NCBI GenBank assembly: GCA_001643675.2
Contig: LSRY02000032.1
Coordinates: 124,001 to 188,000, forward strand
Direction: 5' to 3'
Length of the DNA stretch: 64,000 nt
DNA from: Monocercomonoides exilis PA203
Lineage: Eukaryota; Protista; Preaxostyla
The notes beneath the pieces were generated by a model. That model was not told the DNA's origin, did no database searches, and saw only the letters and a list, made by a program, of their open reading frames with translations. Positions 1-13,200 of the stretch are shown here, in pieces. Both the position numbers and the translations under genes were made by a program. The stretch's first letter is position 1, and every line of letters starts with the position of its first letter.

Positions 1-1013
1 ATATAATACTCTTCCAAACTCTCCTCCTTCACTTCATATTCGCCTTGTGCTTCTCCTTCGACTTCTGGTTTTTTGTCGTCTTTTGGTTGTCCTTCTTCTT
101 CTTTATGATTCTCGATTTTCACAGAACGCTTGAATTTGTATGTTTTGGGGGTCATGTTTAAAATCATATCCAGCACGATGTACGGGAAGCAACGTTGACC
201 ATATTTTGTGACAATGCACATCCCTTTTACTTGATTTCTCAGCATTTCTGCTTCTGGTGAATCCAGACGGCATCGTGCTTGCTTCCATTGTTCCAATAAT
301 GTGTCTGTACGCATGATTGCGTGGGCTTTATCAGCACATAATGTTGGTCCACTTATAGATCTATAAATTACAAATCTCGTTCCATTCCATATTTCCAAGC
401 GTGTGCCTGCAATAGTTGTTTTATCATTTGGATCCAACATGTCACGCCTTATTTGAACAAATCCTTTTGTTTGCTGAATGTTTCTAATAAATACATTCAA
501 CCATTGGTATGGGAAATCTGGCATAGATGGCACGTAAACATTAGCAGATTTCACTGTCAATTTATAAACATGAGTTTCATCTTTTCTTTTCCTTGACAAT
601 TCAACTGTTTTTTCTTCAATAGATTGGCCATAGCTATACAATGCAGTTCCATCAAATACTTAATGCAAATATATATTATCAATCATGAATCGTTTATTAA
701 CTAAAATTGCAAACCGCATTGAACTCCTTCGTAATTCTTTTGAATCATTTCATTCATTAAACCTACAAATCAAGTAAATTGTCAAACAAAACATACGTTA
801 CATTATTTCAAAGGCATTTAAATGCACGTTATTATGCAGACCTTCACGAATTCTTCTTTCTCTTGCGCCATCAAGAGGGGGCTCAAATTGCACAGAATAC
901 TGATACATTGACATATTCAGATCCAATCTATATGAGTTCGCAATAACGCCAACAGTTCTTGATCCTGGTGTAGGTACATTCTCCAATGGTCTTTTTGCTA
1001 ATTCAGTGGTCAT
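1..1013 (-). CDS. Piwi/Argonaute family protein, 5' part (N domain, L1, start of PAZ); continues past the left window edge
   Basis: Manual splice: exons 1013-842, 762-715, 658-1; introns 841-763 and 714-659 are GT..AG. Translation: ANSYRL..MYQYSVQFEP..R.R..; VFDGTALY; LNVFIRNIQQTKGFVQIRRDMLDP..TIAGTRLEIWNG..SISGPTLCADKAHAIMRTDT; GMCIVTKYGQRCFPYIVLDMILNMTPKTYKF. These match the Piwi N, L1 (LEIWPG..LCADVSHKVxRxET) and PAZ-start motifs in order. Confidence 0.88.
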
Positions 1014-1178
1014 TTAGAAAGGAAAATCTAAACAGATCCAATTTATGAGCGTATAATGGTTTGATTTGACAGATAAATGTTTAATATTGTTTAAAAACAA
1101 ATTTTAAGTATCAAACAATATATACACATATAAGTTTCTCTTCTCTTTAAACCATAATACAAATAACAACAAAATTTC

Positions 1179-1727
1179 ATGTGTTTAAGCCAGACGACCT
1201 ACGATGAAATTTTTATTTATTTCTTGAAAAAGATAGGATTTGAATTATTTTCGTTCGCTTTGATAATTCCTGGTTTATTTTTTTTATGGTTTCAAATAAT
1301 TCTGCAAGAAGCGCCTTTCTGTCTTCAAACAACGCATTACTTTTTTTGCAAATTATAGAATGTGATGGAGGAATTGCAGAAAAGCACACCAGAAGAATCG
1401 CATTCAATAGTTTGAAACAAATATTTCTTTTAGAAAATATGTAAAGTGCGACTTACTTCGTTTCAATAAAGTATCTAATATTTGTTTTATTCTTTGCTTT
1501 TTGTGTTTTACTTTTGTGTTTGATCTGTGTTTGGAAAAAAATTGGATACTATGTTGAGGAATTTAATAAAATATGCGAAGATGGTTTGAACGCTTCTTGA
1601 ATTCAAATTTAAAAAAAACATAAATTTTCGTTTAACAGAAGAACTGCAAAATGCTTCACCTCTAAATACGCCTGAACTTCAAAAGTTTGCGGATGCAATC
1701 AAAGATCTTCCTGTTGTTCGAAGATGA
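1179..1727 (+). CDS. Small multi-exon hypothetical protein; start uncertain
   Basis: Putative exons bounded by AG and GTTTG: NVMEELQKSTPEESHSI (~1359-1409), IGYYVEEFNKICED (~1541-1583), EELQNASPLNTPELQKFADAIKDLPVVRR* (1639-1727). No family recognised. Confidence 0.35.
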
Positions 1728-1811
1728 CTTTCATTTTTTGGAAAACTACCTATAGTTCACTTGATGAAAATATTCAAATAATAATTCAGAATCAAATCTC
1801 AGTTTCCGCGA

Positions 1812-2551
1812 TCAGCCTCCTGTTATTAATTGGACATCATCTTGAGATTCTTTCATATTTTCATCTGTTACATTTTGCGACTGTTGCCTCATTGATGCAA
1901 GAACCTCTGCTCTTTCTTTTTCAAATAACTCTTTGAAAAGATCTTCCTCTTTTTTCCCAGAAATATTCACTAACAACATTTCAAAACGAACATTAAAGAT
2001 TCATGGAAAAATATGAAAAAATAATTCACATGTTTTTTTAAAAATTAACAAATTAAAATAATTGTTCAACAAACCAATTCCTGAAGTCAGCTTCGATATA
2101 TCTGGGAAAGTTTTACTATGCAAAAGATCCAATACTTTTGAACGGGAAAATAATAACTCCATTGTGCGTCTTCGCGCATCTGCAGAGGAAAACTGAACGA
2201 AAATAAATTTTGTTTTAAAAAGTTTGGAAAATTGGAAATGATAATTAATCGATAAGAGTTGTAATTTCTGATCAAACCTCAACGATTTGTGTCTTTGTGA
2301 GCTCCTTTTGGACATCTCTTATGCATTCATTGAGATAATCCTGAAGTTCAGTTCGCTCGGCAAGTGTTTTAAGGTGTGCCGTTCGGACATTCCGTGTGTT
2401 TTTCTTTTCCTGCTCCAAAAGTTGCTTCAACCTTTGAATATGCTGCTGGAGATGAACAACAGTATTGATTGCGGCTGATAATAAGAAAGTTCATCAAATA
2501 AATGAAAAGAGAAAGAGACAGATAGACAATAAAAGAAAAAAAGAAAGAGAA

Positions 2552-2587
<36 letters not shown>

Positions 2588-2633
2588 AAAGAGAGAGAGT
2601 GAGAGAGAGAGGGGGATGGAGGGAGGGAGAGAG

Positions 2634-2689
<56 letters not shown>

Positions 2690-4570
2690 AGAGAGAGAGT
2701 GAGAGAGAGAAAGAGAGAGAGAGAGAAAGAGAAAGGAAAGATTCTTATATTGAATGTTAATGTTTTGTCAAACTATCTTTGTCCATTGACGCAATGAACG
2801 TTGGGTCAAATGATTCTGAATTTGTACTTCTCAAATTTGCCATTTCGCGAAATGCCGTCTTTCGAACACCTTTAGGAAAATGACAAAGAATATAAATTTT
2901 GTTTACAGATTGAAATTCGTATTGCCGATCCAAAATGCAATGGAAAGAAAGTCATTTCATTGCGAACAGTCAATAAAGGAAAAAATATTAGCAGAATAAA
3001 AGAGAAAGAAAAGAAATCAAACCAAAGTCGTCTTTATTTGACAATCGCGGAAGAACAACCCCTGATCGCCTAGAAGACACAGACCCAGCCGTTTGAGATC
3101 TGCTTGCTCTCATTGAAGATGGTCCAGGCGCCAGGTCTTTCTTTGACATGTAGAATGTGCTGACGCTGCGTTTTTGCACCAAGTCTCTGCTGGACTCGCG
3201 CATCGAAGCTCGTGGAGACTCAACTTTCCGTGTTGGCATACGAAGAGCCGGGACGTGCACTTCATTTATGCCAAATAATGAAGTCGATGAAGAAGAGGAT
3301 GGAGAGAGAGTACGTGATGAGTAAACATCTGTCTTTGAATCGGAAAAGACCATGCTCCCCCTCTCAAATGGCTGAGGTTCGCTTTGCTGTGAAATTTGTA
3401 ATTGTTGTTGTGTGGCTGCTAGTTGCTCAGTAAGGTAAGTTATCTCCTTTTCCGACTGAAAGATCAAATTTTAACAAGTATTTATTTACAATTACACTTG
3501 CAAACCCCAAATAGTTTACGTGCTAAACTTTCGGATTCTGCTTGGCTTTGTTGTAGTTCCGTTCTCACCATTTTCAGTTCTTTTTCCATCTGAATCAATT
3601 CAAAAAATTTTAATATTTTTTATGTTGCTACATTTTCTTTTAAATTTTCGCAAACCATATCATTCAGACGATCAAGTCGTATTGCCTCCAATCTCATTAA
3701 TTCTAATACTTTTGTGGATTGCTTATATTTCTGCATCCAATAAGCTGCGTTAAACTCTGGTTCCTGCGAATAATAGAAATATGAATGAATAATTGTTTTC
3801 AAATGTCAAAAGAAAAGATAAACCTTTTTCTTTAATTCTTCTATTTCACGTTCAGCATCTGTTAATTTTTCTTTAAAATCTCTAATGATTTGTTTCTCTG
3901 ATTCTGTTTTTAGTGTAAATAAGTTGCAAATTTTTCAACATTTTGCTTCAAAATCACACCTTTCGCAATTCCAATGCACTGTTCTTCAACAAGTCCAATT
4001 GAATTTTGAATGAGTTGATTGAGGTGTGACAATTCATCCAATTTTTCCTGAAAAAATATTTATGTGTGAATTTGTGTTTCAAATATAGAAATAGCAAACT
4101 CTTTCTCTTGAATCTGGCGTTTTTCTTCCTGGAATTTGAGCTGCAGGGTCTATAGGATCGCGGATCTGAATTTTTGTTTCTCCTTTTGCTTTTTCTTGTT
4201 GTGTTGTCAAAGTACGAGAAGGATGAGGACGAGATAGGGCCTGATTAAATAATTATTTAGCTGCTCAATGATGAAAATTAAAATAATCTGATACTTTTGT
4301 TCTTGTAAAATCCATCGCTTTTTGATCCATTTTATGTTTTTCTATTGCGTTATCATTTGCAGGAAGAGGTGTGCTACAAATACAAAAAATATTCAATTTT
4401 TCAATAAGCAAATATTTTCAAACAATTGCGTGAAGCTGCTTGCGTTCTAAATAAAATGTTGAAATGTTTTAATGTTTCAAATAAATATAATTATCAATGT
4501 TAATAAATAAAAAATTCAACTTTTGGACTGGTCATCATTATTCTTATGGGCTTTGGTAATTCTGTTTGCA
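1812..4570 (-). CDS. Multi-exon coiled-coil protein, possibly flagellar or basal-body associated; 5' end uncertain
   Basis: Exons read EKEITYLTEQLAATQQQLQ..., HLQQHIQRLKQLLEQEKKNTRNVRTAHLKTLAERTELQDYLNECIRDVQKEL, FSSADARRRTMELLFSRSKVLDLLHSKTFP and GKKEEDLFKELFEKERAEVL...QLITGG* (stop 1812-1814). The ERTELxxYLxxCIxxV segment weakly resembles BBOF1/CCDC176 ERTEVExFFLxALxxV. Confidence 0.6.
2507..2740. repeat. Imperfect (GA)n microsatellite / purine tract, intronic
   Basis: About 230 bp of mostly GAGAGA with GAAA and GGGA interruptions, between exons of the coiled-coil gene. Confidence 0.95.
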
Positions 4571-5451
4571 AAAAATATTTTTAAAGTTTGTCTCATAAAA
4601 AAATCAAGAATTGTTTTTTCTAAAAAAAATAATTCATATAGAACGGTCTGAATGAACACAACTTTCGTTCAAAAAGCAAAAATAATTGAAATAATATTTA
4701 TATTTTGAAAATAAAGAATTGATTTTTCAAAAAAAGACAATGAACATATCCTGTACGAATAATAAATCATTTATATATATATCGACATAAAGAAAAACGG
4801 ACCTTTGGGGAAATTCTCAATTCTTTATTTGAGATTTGAAAAAACAAAAATCACAATTTTATTTCTTTTTCATTGCAGAGACAGAAAAGGATTTTTGTAT
4901 ATTTTCAAAAAAAATAAATTGAAAATGATATCATGTCCATTTTTCTATTTTGACTTTTATAATTTGAATGCTTCTTTTTTTAATTTATTTGACTATTTTT
5001 TTTTTTTTTGGCAAACATTTATTGTTTTGAACTAATTTTCTTTCAAATAAATTTCTAAATAATGAAAGATCTTTTGATTATCCAATTTTTTATTTTTGAA
5101 TGATGTGATTTGAAAAATTGAATTAAACATGATAATGAAAACAAAAAAGAAACAAAAATGAATTTTTTTATGTAATATTTCAGATTTTCAAGATTTTCGA
5201 TGGAAAACATAAATTTTTGTTTGAAGAAACACTTCAGATTTTTTCTTCCTTTTCTCGTCAACCTCGAAATTCAATAGTTGTTTGTTGATATTTTTAATAT
5301 TCTTTATAAGAAAATTCACTTTATTGACGCGTTTGATAATAATTTTTGAAATCATATTTACCAATTAAAAAATTCGGAATAAGAATTCACATTGAGTATT
5401 GATAAATGAACACTGAAAAGAAACAACTCCTTTTAAAGATATTTTTTAAAC

Positions 5452-5710
5452 ATGGATGGTTATTTTTGAAATCAAATCTTTTTTCGGAGTGTTGATTCTT
5501 CAAAAGTTTTATTTCTTTGGAAGGAATTAATTAATTAAAAGATAAATTCATTATTATTGTTAAAAATGACGGTGAACAGATATTTGTCATGAAAATATCA
5601 TTTTTGTGATGAGAAATAACTTCACAATGCGAATTTTTCAATATTCAAAGTTTATTCTTCAACTGAAATTTTGAAAAAAAAGATTTGAATTCAAAAATTA
5701 TTTCCAACAT
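5452..5710 (-). mobile_element. ~259-bp MITE-like unit, reverse orientation
   Basis: Reverse complement ends ...ttttgaagaatcaacactccgaaaaaagatttgatttcaaaaataaccatccat, matching the right end of the 49199-49457 unit. The other end resembles the left end and the length is the same. Confidence 0.65.
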
Positions 5711-5977
5711 AAATATTATCTTAATCATCATCATACAAAACAATTGTCATGCATTGTTTCTTTTAAAAGAAAAATACCTCTAAAAAGAAATAAAAACATC
5801 AAAAAGTCTGCACTGTGAAAAAAGTTATGATTTCGATGATTATTGATAAATGTTACAAATTGTTATAGATCTTTTTCACCTTTTTTGTTCAATTTTGATG
5901 TTGGATTGATACTTGAAATCCTGACAGGAAAGTGAAAAAGTTGCTTTTCTGATCCGAATACAAGAAAAAAAATATTA

Positions 5978-6236
5978 ATGGGTAATTGTTTTCGAAATCA
6001 TTTTTTTCATTCAAAAATTTCGGTGCGAAATTATTTCTTGAATATCAAAAAAAAAAATTGAAAAGTGATAAGGCATAATATGAACATTTTATGATTTTAT
6101 TATACTAAAACGTTTGCATATTAAAACAATTATTATGCTTTTTCTCTTTTGTATTAATATTTTCTTTCAAAAAATCAACAATCTTTGAAAAATCAACACC
6201 CCTAAAAAACGTATGATTTCAAAAATAATCACCCTT
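5978..6236 (+). mobile_element. ~259-bp MITE-like unit
   Basis: Ends ATGGGTAATTGTTTTCGAAATCA and TGATTTCAAAAATAATCACCCTT are inverted repeats. Colinear internal matches to 49199-49457 include AAAATTTCGGT.CGAAA, GAAAAGTGA, AAACAATT and TTTGAAAAATCAACA.C. Confidence 0.75.
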
Positions 6237-6249
6237 ATAAAAATTTGAA

Positions 6250-6499
6250 ATGGGTGATTGCATTTGATACAAACTTTTTCAATCAAAATGAACGGGAAAT
6301 AATGTTTGAAAAAAGAAAATAATTTTTCTTGACAAAGAAAACTTTTCAAGATAGTGTTCCGTTTTTTATTTCAAATGTTAGGCATTGCAAATATTGCAGT
6401 GCAAAGATGTTATGATCCCTACATATCCAAATGAACAATAAAAATAATGAAAATTTCCACACGCCGAAAAAATGTTCGATTTCAAAAAGGATCACCCAG
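6250..6499 (+). mobile_element. Diverged MITE-like unit, tandem with the previous copy
   Basis: Begins ATGGGTGATTG 13 bp after the previous unit and ends ..CACACGCCGAAAAAATGTTCGATTTCAAAAAGGATCACCC. Confidence 0.55.
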
Positions 6500-7292
6500 A
6501 TTGAAAAATGAAACAAACATTTTGAATTGATGATTTGGGGCAAAATTTTTTAATTATAGAAAAAAACAACGATTTGTTCCAAACATTTTCTCCAACCTAA
6601 TCATTATTGTTCTTTCATTCCCATGTCAAAAAAATACAGAAAAAATCTCAAATTAGAGTAAAATGCTTGTTTGAGTAGAATGGAAAAAAATTCATAAAGC
6701 AAAATATTTCGTTTCATTTTCATCACAAACTTCACAAGCTTTACGATAAACAAAAAAGTCAAGTTTTATTTTCATATTTTCATTCCGAATTTTGACATGG
6801 AAATGATAAGATTTCATCGACATTCGCGATTCACAACATTAACCCAATTGTTAAACACAAAAAGTATTTTCATAATCAACACCACGGAGAAAGAAATGAT
6901 TTCAATTATAATTTCATATTTCAAATAATAATGATGACATTTTTTTTTTAATTTTTGAAAGCTCATCCACAGGGCAAAAGATTTCTTTGAAAACATCTGA
7001 AGTTTCACATTTTCCCCTATTTAATAATTGAAAAGAAATTATCAGAAATTGCAACAAGATACGCTTCTATTGAATTTAAATTTTATCTTACATAAAGAAA
7101 TATTCCATTCTTGCTTTATTATTCAAGCATTTTTGAATTTTTTCTAAAACAAAAACATAAAAACTATTTTTTTTCCCAACAAAAATACTTGCATCAATCA
7201 AATACTTTTCAGAATTTCTGGAATATACACATTTGAATATCTTCCAAACGTTTTAAACTTAAAAAAAATTATCAAAAACAAAGATAATCATT

Positions 7293-10200
7293 CTACAACA
7301 AGAGGGTCTCATTTTCTTTTTCCCTTTCCTGTTCACTATCATCCTCAAAAATGATTTCAGCATCAATTCCTCCTGTTTGATCCTCAAAAGCCAGCTCTTC
7401 TCCAGGCGTTCCTTCATCGTGCTCCTCAGTTCCATTTTCAATAATTGTTTGCCTTTCATCAAACAAGTACGATGATCCATTTCCAAAAATATTCTGCCTT
7501 TCAAACGAATCAGCTGCTTGAGAAGCAATTTCTTTATCAATTGTTCCAGTTTTATGTAATTCATCTTCTGAAGGATGTAGTTCATTACTTTCTCTTTCAA
7601 CGTCCATTTGCATATCTTTGAATGACGTTTCTTCGCTTCTTCTTTGCGTTAAAATTGTAGCATCGCCCAAGTCATCAGTATCATCACTCGTCTGGTTATC
7701 ACTCAACAACTGCTTCTGACTCAGGTTTTCAGAATCGCTCCGATCTTCATACTGTTCTTCAGTTTCACTTGTAGCTTTCCAATTCTCATCTTCCCTTTCC
7801 CTTGAAGTGTCATCTTCATCTCCATCTGCATCCATTTCAGCATCCGATACACGCACCGTTTTTGAACGCCGTCTAAGTGAGTGTCGCGTTGTTTGATGCT
7901 GTTGGTGGCTGTGCTGAAGGAACAGTGACTTATCACTTGAACTCTCAGACAATTGCATAAAATTGGAGGAACTTTGTGTTGGTTGCTTTGCTTCCATATC
8001 GATTGCATTTGGATCCCAAGCCGAAGATCTTGATCCTGATTGCATTAGTAATTTTTGCGATTCGGATAAATTGCTCATATCACGTAAATTAATTGCACTT
8101 TCACTTTGAGCAATTTTGGAGTTATTGAAAGCACTTCCAGAAATTGTCTCATTCATAGAAGTGATTGCACCATCTCCAATTTGCTCATCCTCCATGTTGT
8201 CTATCATTGCGATCTGTTCTAATTGTTTGCATATCTCCTTCAATTTAATCCTCAACTCATTCTCTGCTTCTTTTTCGCTTTTCATCTTCATTTCCTGCAA
8301 AATATCAAGACGGATTTCATTTAGTCTCTCTGATAATTCTTTAAGCCAGTCTGAACCGTAATACCTTGTCAGCTCACGAATTGCATCTTTCATCAGTTTT
8401 TCAATTTCCACAAGCTCTTTTTGGCGCAATTTTCTCTCATTCTCATCAATTTCTCTTTCTCGCTCCATATTCGCTCCTTCAGATGCTTCGCCCATTTCTT
8501 GATGTTGATCTGCACCTTTGCTTGTCGCTTGGTCAAACTGTCCATTCATTATAAATGTTTCAGGCTGCTTCAGTGAAATAACTGATTGAGGAGGTGTTTC
8601 AACTGTTGATAGTAATAGATTTGCGTTTACTCCTGGCTTTTGATAATTCAATACTCGAGGTACAGAACTGGTTTGAGATGCTCCATCAGTCGTTGGAGAT
8701 AACGAAGATGTTTGAAGCAAACCCGAATTTGAATCTGGAGCACTCCGAGAACAAGATGGTTGACACATTTGAGACATGGGATCAAGAAACAGGTCAGAAG
8801 TCGAAGCTACACTCACTTTGATTTTTCGCTTTTTATCTGTTTCCAACTTGCGCAATGGCTCTTTGCTCAGTTCTACAATATTTCTTTCTTTACCTTTTTC
8901 TTTCTGCTTTTTCCTTAACTTCTCAATTTTCTGCATAGCTTCATCAATCGAACAAGCTTTCATTCTCATCATAACCTCCAAAATAAGTTGGGAATCTTTG
9001 AGTCTCATCTTTTCCAGCGCTTCTTCTTCCTCTTTTATCTGCTTTTCTTCTTCCTCCATCTGTCCTTCCACATCCGGATCATCAATCATCTCATCAATCC
9101 CAAACTCAAACCTCCTCCATGGCTTTTCCTTAAGCAGCCTTTTCTTTATTTCCTGCCTCTTTTGTGTCTCCTGCTCGCCTCTCAGCTCAATCACTTGCTC
9201 TGCCTCATACATCATGTTCTCTATGTTTCCCACCATCAGCGTCTCCATGTTGCGCAGAGGTCCATATTGGATGATGTCCACAGACAGCACAGGCGCCAAA
9301 TGAACATAATTTTCTGTGGTTTTCGGAAGAGAAAGAAAAGACAGAAGCGCTCGACGCAGTGCGAGTGTTGTATAATGCGTAAGAAAAGGTGAAAGTGAAA
9401 TCTGGCTTCCGGTTGATTGCAGTGACTTTCCTTGCAATTGAGGTGTGGACGAAGCAGAAGTATCTGCTTTTTGTATGTGCATCGATGGAGACATTAAAGT
9501 TGATTGTGTGATTGACATTGAAGTTGGAGAGAAACAGCAAGAGGAAGAAGAAGTGCCCAGAGAAGAAGCAGACATCGTCTGGCTCATGGGAGAAGGAGAC
9601 ACCGAATGAGACGGATAAGCCGACGATTGCTTTGACATTTTTGGAGATGAAACAGAAATCAAGCTTGCCTTGGACTTCACTTTTGTATCGTCCATCCGCT
9701 TTAGCGGTGAGAAATTCGCACTTGACAGCGATTTTTGCTGTTCTGCCTTTCTTCCTGCGATTTGAGCACCCTTCAAAGAAAGTCGTTTTTGCTGCATCTG
9801 CCCACGGCTGTTCTGTCCTTTGCGTTTTGAATCGCCTTCATTCGAATCGTTTTGAGTGCCTGTCACACAAACAAGTTTGTCTAAGCGGGGGAGAATGATT
9901 GGATAGTTAATTTGCTGGAGGCCCACTGCATTCATCATCGATGCTGAAGATGCCGGAACAACAGAAGGCAAAGAAAGCGCAGCGAAAAAGAAAGAAGAAA
10001 GAGAATATTTCATCGAATATGTCGCTGAAAGATGACGAGAAAGTTGTGAATGCACAGAAACAGTGTTCAATGTAGCAAGCGCTTCTTGTATGTCCCTTTG
10101 AGTGATGTTTTGTCCAGAAGCGATGGATGCCAGCAAAGAAGGCGCAAAGCACAGCTGAGATATGACAGAAGCAGTTGCCGAGGGAATAAAAGGAATAATT

Positions 10201-13200
10201 GAAGAAGAAGAAGGAGAAGGAGAAGAAATAGCTGTGGATGATGAAGCTGGCCCGGTTGAAAGAGAGGCAGATGGATGTGCAAGGAGAACTGGTACACAAG
10301 AAAATGCACCGAGGTGTTTGCTTGATGGAGATAGATTGAATGGAAGAGAAGCCAAAGAAGAAGAAGAAGTTGGAGTTTGACGTAGAGATGGATGGTGGAG
10401 TGCATTTGGAGTCATCAAAAACGGAGTTTGTGCTTGTGGGAAGGTGCTGCGCATGGCAGGTGAGAAAGTGAAAGAGAAAGAAGAAAGATAAGGAAAAGCG
10501 ATCTCAGGGAAAGGAGGAGATTGAGGCGAAGGGATAGGAGTTGGAGTGGAAGAAGGTGAAGAAGGAGAAACAGGAGAGGAGGTTAGAGAAGAGCTGAGAG
10601 GAGAAAGTGGTCGATGAGTGGATGGAGACGTGGTTAAAGAAGCAGGTGACAAAGAAGGTTTGAGCATTGAATTGGGAGTATCGGGGGGAGTGAGGAACAA
10701 AGGCGAAGAAGAGGAGCAAATGCCTGGCTGATGCTGCTGCGTAAGAGGATGAGATTCAAAAGAAACAGTTGGGAAAGTGGATTGCGAGTCGCTTTGATAC
10801 AAAGAAGACGGCGAGCATGCGATTGTTGAGGAGGACTGCCTTGATCCAGGAATCTGCTGTTGCAATTGAAACTGAGGCAAAGATGCCAACGAAGCCAAAG
10901 ACTGAGCAGGCTGCGGGATCGATTCGCTGAATGTGAGTGTGCTCAGAGGAGAGTAGTGAGAGAATGAGAGGACGCTTGACGCTTGCTGCTTGGATGAAGA
11001 AGTGACCAGATCTGGCGGAGGAGATGGTGGAGATGCGGGTGGAGAGATTGCTGAATTGAGGCTTCGTTCTTTGCTGCTGTCCTTTTCATCCAAATCAAAT
11101 GCTTGTTTGTTGGCTAAGTTGTTAACTGTATTATTTTGATTGGTGTTGTTGATTCCTTCTTCCTTGAGATTGCACATTGGCAGCTGAACATTGCCTGCAC
11201 TGCCAACACCGTCCTCGCTTTGTGGAGCAGAAGCAGTTGAAGAGAGTGCTGTGCTTTGTGCATCGTTGCCAAACCGTGTCGGAACTGAGTTAATTGTCAA
11301 TGGAACAGGAAGAGAAGACCGAGAAAATGGCTGCGTGGTTGATGAAGCAGGGATTGATGGGCTGAATGCAACACCCACCGTGCCATTTGAAGGGGAAGAA
11401 GTGGTTGAAGATGATCGAAGCAGCTGCTGTGTCTGAAGCTGGTCAAGTTGAATCTGCTGTTTTTGTGTTGGAGACTGCTCAATATTCGCATTCTGCATAT
11501 TCTCTGCATCTTTCCTCAGAGCTGAATGAGTTGATACTTGTGGGGTTGAAAACACTTTTGATCTCATAGCGTTCCTCTGATCTCGCTCTCTTTTCCTCTC
11601 AATCAGCTCTTCTCTTCTCTTCTCTCTTCTCCTCGCCCTCTCCGCTGCTGCTGCCTCTCTGTCCTTCAGCAGCTTTCTGAGCGTCGCATATATCTGGCCT
11701 GCTTTCTCCGCCCTGTTCAGCTTCGTCTCTGCCACTTTGATTTCTCTCTTCACCCTCTCTCCACGAATGAGCCGCTCAGCCAACAGCTTCGCCTCGCTCA
11801 TCCCAGCCACCGCAGCGTGTGTTGGCGGCGTCAGCTTCAGCAGCAGCACACTCGCCTGGTTCGGGCCGCAGTAGTCGTAGCAGGAAAAGACTGTGACCAC
11901 TCTATTTTCGTGTGCAGCAGCAAACCCTCTCGGGAAGAACTGATGTGCCCTGATGAGCATGTCAATGTTGTTAGATGCCATGAATCTACGGCACGTGTCG
12001 AGTGAATATGGTGTGCGGTTGCCGTTTGGCAGATCCACATCCCCTGGGTCAGCCCACAAAGTGGTGTGCTGAATGTCCTGGTAGCGCTGCCTGTCGTGGC
12101 CGAAGTTGTAGAGTCGGGTGAGTGGGTCTTCGCACTCGCGGAAGTAGTCGAAGCGGGGCATCTGTGGCATTTCTTCCTCCACATTCAAACAAGGGATCAT
12201 TGCTGAGAATCCCCCGTGGCAGATGAGAATGCGCCGCTCTTCGATGATTGGGGGCAAGGGTGCTGTTGGCAGAAGAGAGGCAGGTGGATTCGGGGGTGGA
12301 CGAGGAGGAGGTGGTGGAGGTGGGATAAGCGCAAAGGGAAATGGATGCTCAGGGAATGTGTCATTGTTTGGTTGAAGCATATTTGAAGTTGGTGAAGTCG
12401 ATTCTGTTGACGAAGAAGATGAGCTTTGAGGCAAAGAAGAAGAAATAGAAGAAGTCGATGGAGATGATAAAGTTGCATTTTGATTCATCAGTTGTGGCAA
12501 GGATGTTGCTGAGGGCAGTTGGGCTGCTGAGAATGGTGATAATGCGGATTGCGTGGCTGAAGATGCAGAAGCAGACGATGAGGCTTGAGACGAAGAAGAT
12601 GCGTCGATAGCAGAGGGATTCGGGAAAAGGAAAGTTTGTTTGAAAGACGACGAATTAACCGAAGCAGAAGCAGAAACAGCATCAGAAGAAGAAGAAGAAG
12701 CCAAAGTTGAGATAGAAACATCTTGACAACAGATGTTGCTGTCTTTGAACGAATTGATTTGAGTCTGTCTCAGCGTCGCTGCATTGACTTGAGGTGTTTC
12801 TGTTGCAATGCCATCAAACAAAGCAATAGACCGCTTCCCACAAATGCAGCAAGCAGAAGTTATGCGCCTTGACAATGGAGGGCACGAAACAGAACGCCGA
12901 TGTTTGGAATATGAAGAAGTAGCAGGATTTGGATGTATTGAATGGCACAGTGGAGGAGAGGCAGAGGGACTGGGTGTGGGTGTTGCGACAGATGAGGCAG
13001 CGCTGTATTTCGCCTTGAGTGAAGCAGAAGGAGCAGAAGATTGGCGCAGCTGGTTGAACGATAAGAACTTGCGATCATTGACAAATGCGCTGTGCATCAA
13101 AAGAGAAGGAGATTTGCGTAATGCAGAGAGAATGCAATGGCCAGTGAGGAGAGGATGGAATGGCATGTGTGTGGCAGACGGGTGGAAAGTCCAGGACTCC

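Noticed and set aside
5330-6920. CRISPR array
   Set aside because: Eukaryotic context, repeats are inverted and degenerate, interiors are homologous rather than unique spacers, and there are no cas genes.
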